A stretch of DNA of 63,138 bases, filler included, from Sphacelaria rigidula (Eukaryota), in assembly GCA_964200075.2 (NCBI GenBank). It is 9 parts of 9 records of this genome, joined end to end, with 100 filler letters (N's around TTAATTAATTAA, not from the genome) between each part and the next. Parts side by side here need not be neighbours in the genome. Positions count along the whole stretch, not along the records: positions 35,137 to 42,062 come from CAXNAA020017369.1; positions 42,163 to 49,088 come from CAXNAA020017370.1; positions 49,189 to 56,113 come from CAXNAA020017371.1; 6 more parts are not named here. One strand, written 5' to 3'. Positions 36,994 to 50,227 of this stretch are shown piece by piece; positions within the stretch are counted from its first letter, which is position 1; each line of letters begins with the position of its first letter. The position numbers and the translations under genes were made by a program. The notes beneath the pieces are model-generated. The model searched no databases, was not told the origin of the DNA, and saw only the letters and a list, made by a program, of their open reading frames with translations.

Positions 36994-38273
36994 GTCCCTT
37001 TAAAGAGCGAAGAAATCCGATGAAAGCGGCTTCCCTCACCTGGTGAGAGACGTTTCAAATGTACAAGAGGAGGTATGTATATCGCTTTGCACCAGAGTAA
37101 CAATGCGCGACAAGGCAAGCTACGGGATGTTTCAACAGACAAATTAGATCCTCAGGTGGTTGTTATTGAAGAACTGTTCCAGGGGAAATGTGAATTTTTG
37201 AAAGCTGGGTCAGCCCCATCTGAAAGTTCAACGCCATTTTCTAGGGTTCTCTGTAAATCTTACGAGTCGTATGCGTTTTACGTTTTGCGTGCGACCTGTG
37301 GTGAGTAATATTTCACGAAAACTTAAGAAGTAGGACACAAGCAATTGAAAATATACACTCGTGCATGGAATGTTTAGTAGCGCCACAACTGTGGAAATTA
37401 CAGAGAACTTCTTCACGACTTCTAAGAACAGCTTGCTCCCGAGAGCATTTCCCCCCTAACTGAAAGTGAGGGATTGGGCTCTTACCCGCAGTTACACCTC
37501 TACACTTGAAACGGGAATGGGGGAGGGGGGTGCCCGGGCGGGAGGCGACGGAGGGTGTACCCATGATCTTGCATGCCTCAGCCATGCGAACGTTGACCGT
37601 GCATCCCTGCGAAGCCGGACAGACAGAAGGCGAGGGGTTGGGAAGATGAAGAAGGGGTTCGAGCATAACTCGGAGACTGTCGAATGCACGGGAAACAGGA
37701 AATGAATATGATGATGGGGAAGATGTAATGACAAATCGAGAGGCGGCGTAAACCTCGTCATGGAAACGTTTTTACGTCTGAACAGTGTTTTGTTGTGTCG
37801 CCAAGATGTGTGCGCACGTCCTCAATATGTTTTTATCTGCGCAGCTGTTCGGGCAGTGCTGACTCGAAAAAACAGCATGAAGATGGGTTACAGTAGCAAA
37901 AGTGCCGGGCATCCGCGTTTCCGCGTGATGAGGGGAAGTGGAGCGATCGCGCAGTCGGCGAGACTGTTTTTCAACCGCTGCGAAACCTCACACCTAGTTT
38001 CCTGAAACAATCGAAAGCGCTTCGAAACCCAGAGTTTGCCTTATTTTTTGTGGCGGAAACAAATTAAGCCGGGAATTTGGGTGAAAACTCGATCCATTTT
38101 GCACGTTCCCTTTTTTGGAGCACCCCAAATCATATAATTGCACGTGTACTCTACCATAACTGACTGCCCCCACCGCGTGCACCTCTCCCTTCTTCCTGCC
38201 CCCGTCCCCGTCTCCGTGTCCCCAACCATGTTCGCGTTTCTGTTTCGACAAAAAACGAAAACAATGGCCGAAG

Positions 38274-38501
38274 GTGGTAACCGAGGTGGTGAAGTTCTGC
38301 GTGAAACACGGATCACCGTTTTGCATCAACGTTTATCCATTTTTCGCAAGGGAGCACGCGTCAGAGGCGTTTGTGCTCTTCGGTCCTGACCCTGGATACG
38401 AAGATCAGGGTTTGAAATACACTGACATGTTCTCGGCGCAGTACGACGCCGCTGTACAAGCCATTTCGAAGCTCGGGATTCCTGGGGCCGACGGGATGGA
38501 G
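38274..38501 (+). CDS. Internal exon of glycoside hydrolase family 17 (beta-1,3-glucanase-like)
   Basis: AG|...|GT, 76 codons: GSPFCINVYPFF...YTDMFSAQYDAAVQAISKLG...ME, the GH17 segment preceding the ETGWP nucleophile motif. Confidence 0.85.
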
Positions 38502-40332
38502 GTGCGCAATTTCTGGTTGGGGCAATTCGAGAGACCAAGTTACGTGGGAATCCCGATATGCTGCGATATTTTTGTTCGAGTGTTTTGTGAAAACGCAGCG
38601 TATTCATTGGCCGTGGGCAGCTTTTTGTTAGAATCATCGCCCCGTACCCCTATGTACTGATGCCAGCTGGCCTTGAAAAGAAAGCATGTATTCTATGTGT
38701 ACGAAAAATTGCAATCTCGCGACTTTTGAGATGTAAAAATACATCGCCTACGCTTGCCAGCGTCGACTGACATCAGTACACACAAGCAATCGGGAAATGA
38801 CAAATGAACATTACATGTTTCCGCACTCTCTTGTGATATGTTACGAGCTGCGCCAGCCTGAAAAATGACTCAAGCTCTCAAAGCAATCTCATCGACACAG
38901 ACAAGTTGGGCCACGATCCGCATATCATATTAATCGTCTAATCAACTGGGAGGTGCCCATCTGCTCAAAAGGCTGGGCAGTTATTTTCTCGTGCATTACA
39001 CTCCATATGTAGTAATTACTCCTTTACCGTACGGAACTAGCGTCCATACTATCTATATGAGACCCCGAACGATGCATTCAGCGGATGAGGACGATTTTTG
39101 GTGTGAAGATTCCCTGGAGCACGGTGGGACGAGAGATACCCTCATTTTCACCTAATTCGTAATCAATCTCGACATGTGGCGTACATAAGGATTTATAATC
39201 AAATCAATATATTACGAGCAGATACACTTAGTTGCCCTAAATTTGGATATCGCGTCTCAGTCTTCGGGAGCTGTGCTATGAAATTTCGTATGGAGAACCG
39301 CTATTGCATAGTAAAATAAATAAAAAATCCCGTCTATTGTTCAATCGTTTTCGTGTTTTTAGGGAAGTTTTGAGGATAAATGAACATTGCTCTTAGGCCT
39401 TGTCTCAACTCTTCAGCTCATTTTTGAGAATTGTGATTGGAAACTGAATAAAAAGAAAAAATACGCCTTCATTTGTTTTCAGAGAGTTTCGGGCGTTCTC
39501 TTGAAAAAAATGGTCGTTACCATACTAAAACGCCCTAAACCAGAGAAAGAATGAATAAAAACCAACCTGGCCCATTTTCCTCGGTTCATCATGAACTAGG
39601 GGGGTCCCGCACACAGTGTCAATACACAAACACCAAACGTGGGCCGGTAAACGGCCTGAAAAATAATTTTCTGAATATTCACCGGCCCGGTTTTGTAAAG
39701 GCCAACTCGCAATTTTCTGCTTAGATTTGGACCCTGAAAGTTGGTGTGGTGGACAATCAACAGGGCATACCACAAAATGCGCATAGTCACACACATTCTT
39801 TTTTCCTTCATAGATGAAGGCAATAATGAGCTTTTAGGTTCTTGTAAAATACCGTTGAATCACGAAACTAAACAAAATACAAATGAGACTATGCACATTT
39901 TTTTATTATGCACGGTTCACTGTGTACACCAATTTCAGTGTTCAACTCTGACTAGAAAATTGCGAATTGGCCTGCGAACTCCACATCCGTTAATTAATTG
40001 TGCATTTTCCAGAGCACAACGAGCCACCGGCTTATAATTGAAGACTTTTTTTCCCGAGTTATTTCTTGTTCGAAATTCTAGAAACAACGACGCCAAGCAA
40101 AGAAACGTCGGGAAACACCGGTGTAGTAGCCCCCTATCTAGAATGGCTAAAAAAATGGTGAAAACATAGAGATACTCGCTCCATGAAGTTCGTGAACTTC
40201 TTGGCCGATCGTACACCCGTTGTCATCGTTGACAATGTGCATAGCGACACTCTAACCGCTCAACCCCCACTCTCATCCGAGATTTTGTGTTCCGTATGGG
40301 GGTAGATCCCTACAACTTTTAGTCAGTGGAGT

Positions 40333-42062
40333 TAACGGTGGATCCTAGCAAATGAGGTTCATCTATAAAATGAGGTTGAAGTGGCATTCTCTTTTGCAGG
40401 GAAGACGCGAAACACTTACGACCAAGCGAAGCCATCTTCCCCCCCATGTCCGCAGCAGTTAAGCAGCTGTGGTTAGCTGCACCTAGCGAATGCGGTGTAC
40501 ACGCGTGTCGATGACGATAGCACCAGAGAGAGAAGCAACGACCGAGAGGAAGCTCTTCGCCCGTGTCCTTTTTGTGTCCTCGCTCGGCGATTTCTAAAGT
40601 CTCGAGAGACTGACATCATCGATGTTACCAGCATGTCCATGTGCTGAAACATCGGGCTGCGGAGATATTTTTATCTCGTCTGACAATTGCCTGTCGAGCT
40701 CACGAATGCGAAGATCGATTTCTCTCTGCCTCTCCTTTCGGGCAGGACGCGCCTCTGTGTGCCGAAAAACATGTCGTTGAGAGAGTAGGGCAATGTTCCC
40801 GTCATTGCTACTACTGTTCTCTGTCACACACATGCCAGCAAGGGCGGTGCTGCGGCAATAAGAGATGTATCCAATTTGAACTTAGAGGGTGTTATTCATC
40901 GTTGATTTTCGCCGACCTTTCCCTACCCGGGTGCGCGACGAGAACACCCTGCCACACGCCAGTTGAGGGGGGTGTATGAGAGATCAAACACTTGTAGAGA
41001 CTTTTTTTGACATGCGGAGTGAAAAAAATACGTATAGTGATGACCTAACTGAGTCATGTTACGATAGGGGTGGGGTGTTCGATTCCACGAACAAATTGGC
41101 TCATAGGTGCGTCAGATGAACCCACACACTCGCGATGCGCTTGTATTTGGATAAAAGCGATGTCAAACAGTATAAATGAGCGTTATAAATCGGAAGAAAA
41201 CGCGTTCGAACTACCGTTGCTGCTATCAACGACGATTGCAAGTAGAACTTCGTGGAAGAAAGCGGCCCAAAATACCCCCCCCCTATCGTAGCATGACTCA
41301 ACTGTTGCTAGTGTGACGCATCGGAGTCCGTCCATGCTGCAACCTGAAGCACAAGCTGGTCGCGTGAATACCTAGCTCGGTACACTACGGGTAGCTTTCC
41401 AGAATTATCCCGATGTCAGGAGGTCATGCATTACAAGCTGAACGAGAGTGCTCTACCATCATACCACTTGTCGTCGCATATGAGACCCACGCCATCAACC
41501 GCCGATAGCAAAGGTCTTGTGGCTTTCACGCAACGCTGTCGGTCGTACGGCAGGCAAACCCGATCATAGCTAGCTACGGTACTTCCTCCCGACCGGAGTT
41601 CGCACCGGGTATGAAACCTAAAAGGTTGATTTTTCTAAACCTCATCCACCAACTTCAAACGACTCCCAAGACCTGAGGGAGGACGGCTTCCCTGCCCCCC
41701 CGCCAGAAAATAATAAAGGTCAGCAGAGTTTTTTCGGCCGCATAGAACACTAATGGGGGTACGGAAAGTTTCTTCTCCATGAAAATGCGTGTTTTTCAAC
41801 CTGCCAAGTGTTTCGTGCGCATTGTTTTCTAATACGAACGATAACTTGTCGATTATTGTTCCGTTCTCTACGCACTGGCTGATGCCAATCCCAGAAACGT
41901 TTGGAATTGCTGTTCGACGATATATTTGCGTGTTTAGGCGGACCCAAGGCGGCCACCTTCCCTCAGGTCTTGAGAGTCGTTTGAATTGGGTGGATGAGGT
42001 TTAGAAAAATCAACCTTTTAGCTTTCATACCCGTTGCGAACTTCGGTCGGGAGGAAGTACCG
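40333..42062 (+). mobile_element. Dispersed composite repeat, copy 2 (with nested Sola2-like MITE and terminal foldback)
   Basis: Colinear with the reverse complement of 10003-11369 plus two extra segments (41051-41299, ~41320-41488). Confidence 0.85.
41051..41299. mobile_element. Sola2-like MITE
   Basis: TIR GAGTCATG(T/C)TACGATAGGGG; GAG...CTC ends; 4-bp TSD AACT; empty site TGACCTAACTGTTGCTAG in copy 1 (minus strand, ~10637-10654). Confidence 0.85.
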
Positions 42063-42162
42063 NNNNNNNNNNNNNNNNNNNNNNNNNNNNNNNNNNNNNN
42101 NNNNNNTTAATTAATTAANNNNNNNNNNNNNNNNNNNNNNNNNNNNNNNNNNNNNNNNNNNN

Positions 42163-42235
42163 CTGATGCACCCACATACACCGAAAGGTGTAGACTGGTG
42201 CCCAGAATAAATGGGACGACAACACAACACAACAC
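42163..42235 (+). mobile_element. SINE 3' end with CAACA tail
   Basis: CTGATGCACCCAC...CCGAAAGGTGTAGACTGG...GACAACACAACACAACAC. Confidence 0.8.
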
Positions 42236-43746
42236 CATCCCCATCCCCACGCGTGGACCTGCGCCAAGGGTACGTCTTTGTTACCGGGGCTGGATACTGC
42301 AGAGCAACAGTCAATATGCGACAATCAACTAATCGGTCAATCTATCGACCAATACATCGCTTCCTCCGTCCACGACACAACGCACACAAGCATCAATGGT
42401 GGTCTATCGCAAAAGGATTAGCAAGTTCATTCAGACCTCGTCTGACAAGCAGTTTTTGTTTCAGTCCGATCACGTGTCGGAAATTTCATTCGAAAATCTC
42501 CTGGCTTGACTTCAGGAGGAGCTGTCCCTAGGCAGCTACGTTCAGGATACCGCTGTGCTGATATCAAATGGAGAGATCCTCAGCGCGATGTAGTCTTACC
42601 ATAACAAGAAAGATACGCAAATAATCGGCAGCCCATGAGAAATCCGTTACAAATGGTTTGACGAGATTTCATCCATGCCGTTGACTAAGCAACTTGACAG
42701 AAGTTGGACAACAACCTACAACTAACCAAAGATCCTGCAAAACAGGGTTGAGCATAAAAATGAGGTTTCACTCCCCAAACAGTGCTTTCCCTGACCTAAA
42801 ATCATGATAAATAACTTTTACATGGACGATCTCACACCCCCCGATCTCCCTCGAACAGTTTTGGGGTTTTCAGCCGTCCTTTTCCCCGAAGGGTACGCGC
42901 GAACAGCTCATCCCTTGTCAACTACCCTTCCGCCCCCGGGAAACCCCCGCATGTCCCTGGACTGTCAGCCGGCGAAACTGTTCCAAGACGACGCTTGCTG
43001 TGTAAGGGTTAACTCATCATTTGTCCCCCGTGTGTTTGTTGTATAGTTGTGGGGGTGAATGAGGGCCATACCGAACCAGAAAAATATGCACGAAAATAAA
43101 AAGAGGAAACACGGAGTAACGAACAAGCTGTTCCGAGTATTATAGGACACACGCTTCGTCCCTACTTGACTTGGTTTAGAATGCGACGGCTGCAGCGCTT
43201 TCATGGAACTCTTCTTGACACAGGAAGCCCCCCGCACATACACAAAAGCTATAAATAGGGGATCAAACAAGTAGAGCTTGGTATCACATAGGCAAAGGGG
43301 GGGTATACTATATATATATATATATCCCTCCAAAAAAACGCTAGTAATCAACGCTGTTCGCTTGCTCAGAATAATACCCATCGGAATGAACAACGGGAAT
43401 AATATCCATCGGAAGTCTGCAAGGAGGGTTATCGGTAATTTTCTGACCGTGATCTATCCACCAAGAAAATTGTGTGATGGGTGAAAGTCGAACTACGAGC
43501 TTGAGCTTTTGTTGAGAAAGCCAATAACCACTGAGGTACTCAGTTGGCGCTGACTGAGTATCTCAGTGCGTTCATAGAGCTGTGAACTGGATCAGTTTTT
43601 ACTGTCGATTAAACTGGAACTGGCGACGAGAGCGCCAGGCCATGTAGTTTATTTGACGCTTGCCGTTCCGGCCAATTTGACACCAGTTCTGGTATGGTGA
43701 GTCTAAAACAAATATGCTTACACTATTATATGCAATTTGAACGTCG

Positions 43747-43775
43747 CCGGTCGCCCCGGTGGCTCAGTTGGTGAC
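43747..43775 (+). mobile_element. SINE-type tRNA head fragment
   Basis: CCGGTCGCCCCGGTGGCTCAGTTGGTGAC identical to the head at 6859; downstream sequence diverges. Confidence 0.6.
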
Positions 43776-44345
43776 GTTAGTTCACCACTTGGAAGGGTGA
43801 AGAAAGTTTTGAGGAAAATTATGGTTTGGGGCAGGTGAGGATGGTCCTAATTCTCCTTTTCGCAAATAAGCCTGATACGTGGAACCACACCCCAGATTTG
43901 TCCATCACCTCTGTGCGTGACAGTCCCGGACGAATTGCGCGCTTTTTAGCAGAGCAAGCACACACAGCCAGGACACACGCACAGTCAAGCACACACACTC
44001 ACAAATACACACAAGGACACTGCGCGGCATTCCTGCTGCTGTTGGATTTACTGAGTTGTTATAGGTTACTAGTTGGGAGGAGAAGACCTTAGCTGAGTAT
44101 GATACAGCAATCTGTCTTCATGTATACCCTGTCGAGAGCAGCGATGTTGCGCAGTGCACCTCCAGCTGCTCCAACTGCTATGAGGGTGATTTAGCGCCCG
44201 AGATCGGAGGGACACGGTCAGGTATGGCTCGAGTGTCTCTGTCAAGTCTGCATCATCATACCACAGCCAGCTTGTGGGCCTACACCCAAAAATGGTTGGT
44301 TATTGGTAGCAACGATGGTGTGTGGATACGTCAATTCCATACCGT

Positions 44346-44759
44346 AACAGACAAATCTATAAAACGAGGTTGCACGAGGAAATGAGGTTCAAGCCCAGAA
44401 AAGTGTTTTCCCCACACTTCCAGCGATGGTGCCTGATGACTTCTTTGTCGGCCTAATGCTCCTCGATCACGCGGATACTTCTTCAGCGCATTTTACCGGC
44501 TCTGTAAGCTTACAGCGCTGACGGAAATCGTCGTTTCCCCTGACATCACGCCCCCCCCCCTACAAAATCTGACGGTTTCGGGCAGCGCTGTGAGCTCACA
44601 TAGTCGGTAAAATGCGCTGAAAAAGTATTTACGTGCGATCGAGGGGCATTAGGCCGACATGCAAGTCATTGGGCACCATCGCTACAAGTATGGGGAAAGC
44701 ACTGTTTCGGGCTTGAGTCTCATTTCATCGTACAACCTCATTTTATATATTTCACTGTT
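44346..44759. mobile_element. Foldback MITE with ~175-bp TIRs (AACAG...CTGTT ends)
   Basis: 44346-44520 inverted at 44584-44759; flanks CCGT/CTGT. Confidence 0.85.
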
Positions 44760-45333
44760 CTGTAGTGGCGGGAAACCATACTGCTCTGGCGGGAAATCAA
44801 CGCAGCGGTAGCGGTAACTCCGTCCTCCGTCGAGGAGGCGGGCCTGTTGCCGAGAAACCGGACGGGATGGCTCCGGCCGGGTTCTTGTTCGGTCGACACT
44901 CAACACCCTGGCGACAGCGCTCATCCTCCGGCGGTACGCTCTGTGCAATACGACCCTGCGCAGTCTACCAGACCATCCTACTGCTTACGATTGGATTTGG
45001 TTGTTGCGAACCAATACGGGTTGATCAGGGCACTCTACGCGGTACTACTGCATCGCAGGATGGAGGAAAACACCGAATCAGACATACCGCTTCTTACAGC
45101 GGAGGGGGGTCGGGGACAGGGGCATGGAGGGAGTGCTCGTCGATCAGACGGTTGGATCGGCGGAGGAGGTGGCAGGGGCGGTCGCGATAGGAACGGCGGC
45201 AAAGCGGGGAGGGGGTGACGAAGAGTCATGCCTATGCGCATGGTGCAAGGTGCTGCACCGGATATTGCTCCACCCTACGAAGTGCCATGTAGGCAATCGT
45301 CCCGGAGTGCCTGAAGAAGGTGCATGACCGTGA

Positions 45334-46320
45334 GGGGGGGGGGGCGTCCTCATTTGTTACTTGCCTTAGTCGTTTGACCACTGACCACGCATCTCTTCAG
45401 AGACGGAGCACCGTTACTACTCCTTATAGAGACACCTTCAACATTCCGGCCCTCATTACGTTTCTTCCACGCATTACACAAAAACCTTTTACATATCTTA
45501 TCCCCGTCCTATTTCGCCGTCTGTGGCCACCATCTATTTCCTACTATAGCTATCATTTTCTTCCTACTGTCTAATGCATCATACAATTTCATGCCACCTT
45601 CAATCACGCCCTGCATTTCCCCCTCCAGCACGTCCCGTTCCTCTTTGTATAGCTCACATTCTGCCGCTATATTAATTCTGCTCTCTTTTGCTTTGCCACA
45701 GAGGCAGCTCTGTCCATCTACTTCCTCCTCCTTTCGACTACTGGTATATCTCTTTTTTCTTTCTGGCAGGTCCAGGTCCCCCACCCGAAATCGCACTTTC
45801 ATGCTTTTAGTAGCGTCCACTGGGCCATGCAAATATGCTTTCATTCCGATCCCCTCTCTCAACAACCCGTCTCCAGGTGTTCTCCCTCGTCTACTTTGCG
45901 CCTGAGCGCTGCTTTTCCCCTTATTTCGATCATATATCTTACTTTTGCCTTGTACCCCGCGTCTTCATCTATGGACAGAATTTGGCTTGGATTCCTCCCA
46001 TCTCCTTCCACACTTTCTCGACTTCTTTATCCCATCTTATAGCACGCCCTCTCGTACTTTTCTTCCATACAGCCCCATCAACTATAGCTGGCAATCTTTC
46101 TCTCTGCATGTTCTTTACGCTATATTGCCATCGCAATTTTCTCATGTCTCTGTTTCAAGTGAGTACATTCCCAACTCTGCGCTCAAAATGTATTACTCGT
46201 CGTTTTCGAGCATCCGAGTATGTTCTTAGCTGCTGCCATCTGTATTGTTTCCAGCCTCTCCACCAACTTCCCGTTTCTCTCCCATACTTTCCCTGTATAT
46301 TCCACCTTTGGTACGATCAC
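45334..46320 (-). mobile_element. 5'-truncated non-LTR retrotransposon with C-rich tail
   Basis: RLETIQMAAAKNILGCSKTTSN; RFRVGDLDLPER...CLCGKAKESRINIAAECELY; G-run at the 3' end. Confidence 0.9.
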
Positions 46321-46506
46321 GTTGAAAGGGGACCGCTGCCGGCCGAAGGTCGGCAAGGTACCCTGTATAGAATATACAATGGAACGTTTTGCTGACCAGG
46401 CCCACAAAAAATAGGGGCACAAAACATGACCATGGAAGTTTGAAGTGTTGAAGCCTGTTGGCCTGTCTGGTGACGCCGTAGAGTTAACAGGCGTTGGGCT
46501 CCCAAT

Positions 46507-47934
46507 CAGGGTTGCATATGGAACCGAGAATAGAGTTCGATACGATACTAATAGAATATCGACCCACAACCGGCGATAGCGATACTTTTTTTCGGTATTC
46601 TAAAAATGACACGATGCGTATCGAGTTTCGATATTGGATACTGTACGATACGGCTGTTGTGGTATGGCCCATTGCATAAAACCGAGCGGGACACTGGTAC
46701 ACTGGCACCCTCACTTACTTTGTAGGTTGCAAAAGATATCAGATCCCCTAGACTGATTTTTAAAGCTCATTTACTCCTCCCCAGAGACGATGTCGGGGCT
46801 GAACTGGGCGGCGTTGCGACCATCTCGTCGGGAGCTTTCCGAAACGTGTCGTTTGACGTAAGCATTCTTTTCGTGTAAGTAATCGAGCTTTGAAAACTGC
46901 TCCGGAGGGTGTGGTAGCTTGTGCACGCAACGGTAAATTCCACTTTACAGCAGTGGATGCATGATGTACAGCAGCGGCAGCGTGCAATCTGACATTATAG
47001 CAGCGACGATATGCGGTGATGCACTTGTCTAACAACCACCTCTCGTCATCGTGCAAGAGGTAGTTGACCACAACGGCCGGGGATTGTATTGGATATGTTG
47101 ATTTTTACAACCATTATCTATGCGTTTCAATCGAGTGAGCACATACCTCGACTCTGCTCACTCATTGAAAGAAATACCACACCAAACGTTGAACATGCGC
47201 AAACTCAAATGCGTGCTCTTTGTTTTAATAAGGTCCATCAATCACAGGAAACGTGGGCAGCATGCGTCGAATTTTATTTTTTGGATGCCAAACATATAAA
47301 TACGTAGACGAAGAGCCTGTTTTATTGAGACAAAAAAAAAGGAGCGTAGAACGAAACAAGCGGTGAAAGCAGTATGTTGATCGATCGCCGGGCGGGTCAA
47401 TGGTTGTGGCGACTCATCGACATGCTGCTGGCGGGTCAATGGTTGTGGTGACTAATCGACATGCTGCTTTGGGCACTTGTTCCGTTGTTCCGTTGCTCCC
47501 TTCTTCTTCTAACCTCGCGTGGATAGGCCCCAAATGCCAACAACCAAGAAGAAAAAACAAGAAGCTTTCGAAAACTAGACTGTCCAGACCAACGGATGGG
47601 TGGAAAAAGAAATCCAGCAAGTGATGCGCAGACTCTGACTGGAATGTAGCTGGGCTGTGTACTGTATGGCGTGTCGTGTGTGTAGGCGATCTTGTAGAGT
47701 GGCGGGGGGTGGGGCAGTTGTTTGGAAAATACCACCCCACCCTACAGTTTTTGTTACCACGGGTTCGAGAGATCGAGCTAATGTGGCGAAAACGGGCCCA
47801 AATATCGAGCATATCGATATTCGATATTGATACGTATCGAAAAATATCGGTTTGCTACGCCCCGATATCGATACTGTGTATCGCCAATATTTATCGAAAC
47901 CGTATCAATTATCGATATCCCATGTGCAACCCTG
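46507..47934. mobile_element. Non-autonomous hAT-like element
   Basis: 15-bp TIR CAGGGTTGCA(T/C)ATGG; 8-bp flanks CTCCCAAT/CTGCAAAT (6/8); dense ATCGATA/TATCG subterminal repeats at both ends. Confidence 0.75.
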
Positions 47935-47959
47935 CTGCAAATGTTCCACGGGTGCTTCC

Positions 47960-48197
47960 CGTATCCCGTACGGCGCCAGTATCCAGTACAGGATCACCCG
48001 TACCCGTATGCCGGGCACGGCCAGTATCCACCCGTACGAGATGGCGAAGATACCAAATGTCGCCAGTATCCGCCAGTGCGAGGCGGCGAAATATCCAGTA
48101 TCACCAGCCAGTATGAGGTGGGGAATTATCGAGTATCGCCAGTATCCGTCAGCATGAGGCCGCAAAATACCCAATATCGCCAGTATTCGCCAGTACG
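47960..48197 (+). repeat. GCCAGTATC-rich array, cut by a LINE insertion
   Basis: About 10 copies of (CG)CCAGTA(TC). Confidence 0.7.
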
Positions 48198-49047
48198 AGG
48201 AGGGGGGGGGAGGGAGGGAGCTTACTCATTGGTTGCTTGCCTCAGTCGTTTGACCATTGATCACGACCCCCTTTTGAGACGGAGCACCGCTCCTACTCCT
48301 GATGAAGGCACCGTCAACATCCCATTGTTCATTATGTTACTTCCATACATTACACAAGAACCTTTCACATATCGTATCCCCGTCCTGTTTCGCCGTCTCT
48401 GGCCACCATCTTTCTCCCAGTATAGCCATCGTTTTGTCCCTACTGTCTAACGCATCAAACGACTTCAAGCCATCTTCGTTTACGTCCCGCATTTCCCCCT
48501 CCAGCACGTCCCATTCCTCCTTGTATAGTTCACATTCTGCCACCAGATGACTTTTGCTCTCTATTGCTTTGCCACAGGGGCAACTCTGTGCACCTACTCC
48601 CTCCTCCTTCCGACGACTGGTATCTTCTTTCTAGCAGGTCCGCGTCCCCCACCCGGAATCGCAGTTGCAGATTTTTTGCCGCGTCCAGTCGGCCATGCAA
48701 ATATGATTTCACCCCAACCGCCTCTCTCAACCACCTGTATATCTCCAAGTGTTTTTCCTCGTCTACTTCGCGCTTGAGCGCTTCTTTTTCCCTTATTTTG
48801 ACCATACGTCGTATAATTTACTTATGCCTTGTACCCCGCGACTTCATCTATGGACAGTATTTCGTCTTGGTTTCCTCCCATCTTCTTCCAAATCTTCTCG
48901 ACTTCTCCATTCCACTTTACTCCAGCCTTCCCTTTCGCACTTTTCTTTCACACAGCCCCATCAACTATAGCAGTCAAACTCTTTCTCGGCATGTTCTTAA
49001 GCTATAGTGCCGTCGCCATTTCCTCATGTCTGCGTGTTTCGAGTGAC
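48198..49047 (-). mobile_element. 5'-truncated non-LTR retrotransposon with C-rich tail
   Basis: LRFRVGDADLLER; VAECELYKEEWDVLEGEMR; G-rich run at the 3' end. Confidence 0.9.
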
Positions 49048-49216
49048 TAAACTCAACAACATTTTCGTGAGATGGAGAGTAGATCTTCNNNNNNNNNNNN
49101 NNNNNNNNNNNNNNNNNNNNNNNNNNNNNNNNTTAATTAATTAANNNNNNNNNNNNNNNNNNNNNNNNNNNNNNNNNNNNNNNNNNNNACTTATGAGCCT
49201 CTTTTTTCGTGCAACC

Positions 49217-49247
49217 AAATACCCCCCCCCCTATCGTAGGATGACTC
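49217..49247 (+). mobile_element. Right end of Sola2-like MITE
   Basis: AAATACCCCCCCCCCTATCGTAGGATGACTC. Confidence 0.7.
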
Positions 49248-50128
49248 CGATTTACGAGTTAATTTTTCCGGGGGGGGCTATCGTAGGAAGTGTCCACCCC
49301 CTCCCCCCTCCCCAGTGTGTGTATGTGTGCTGATACAAACCCAAGGGGGGAAAGTCGCCAATTGCCTCTTATTTCGCCTCTTGCTTTCTTTCTCGTATGT
49401 GGCCAAGCGGTGTTTCCAACCCACGCACAATGCTCTCAAATGACATCAGGCCGAATGAGCAAGAAAGTAGATAACATACTCTTGAGGTGAGATTTTTTCG
49501 GCAACCATCCATCTCCAACCCAGGAATCTTGACAAAAAAAGTCATTTTTCAAGTAGACTTCTTCGTTTTTGTCATTATCCACACATGGATTAAAAAATTG
49601 TGGATCCCTCCCAGTACACGGGAAAGTAGTCGAGACCCGGAACGGCACCAAACAAAGCTCGAGCAGAATCATCCTGCAACGAGCACTAGTACCGCCATCC
49701 CTGATTCCGTTTGCTCGACACCCCGCCACGCCCCGCCCCGCACACACACCCTCAATACATGAAATAAACACCTGCACACATGTTCAAACACTCACTACAC
49801 ACACAAGAAGTAATATATAGTCCTCAAAACAAAAGCACGCACGACAGGGAGAAAAAAGTCCCCCGTTATTCAGTGGGTTTCCTTGAGAGTCACTACCAAG
49901 TCACCCCGAAATCGGACAACAAATCCCCGAGCACAAATAAGTGGGAACTACTGAACCCCCACCGCCCAAAAATACGACAATCCATTCTTTGTACAATTGC
50001 CTTGTTTCTCTCTTGCACAAGTAAAACTTCAATGAAATATTACGTTTTTTATTTTATTTTTTCCCGCTGTTTGTTTACAATTTTCCGCGCGAAATGGAGT
50101 AGGTCATGGGTCATCCTCCACTGCCCAC

Positions 50129-50227
50129 TCACGCCATCGCTGGGATGCTCTTGGGCAAACTCGGGTGTCTCATCTTGGAGCCCAGTCCCAGCATTTCGCC
50201 GATGTCCAGACAAATGTCATATGCCGC
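50129..50227 (-). CDS. MGD: Monogalactosyldiacylglycerol synthase, last exon
   Basis: CAG|AAYDICLDIGEMLGLGSKMRHPSLPKSIPAMA*; completes ...ASRPH|AAYDI, as expected for GT28/MGD C-termini. Confidence 0.75.
   Translation of the reverse strand, partial: AAYDICLDIGEMLGLGSKMRHPSLPKSIPAMA

Noticed and set aside
39560-40160. Old MITE with diverged inverted arms
   Set aside because: Only short patches of inverted similarity; ends and TSD not definable
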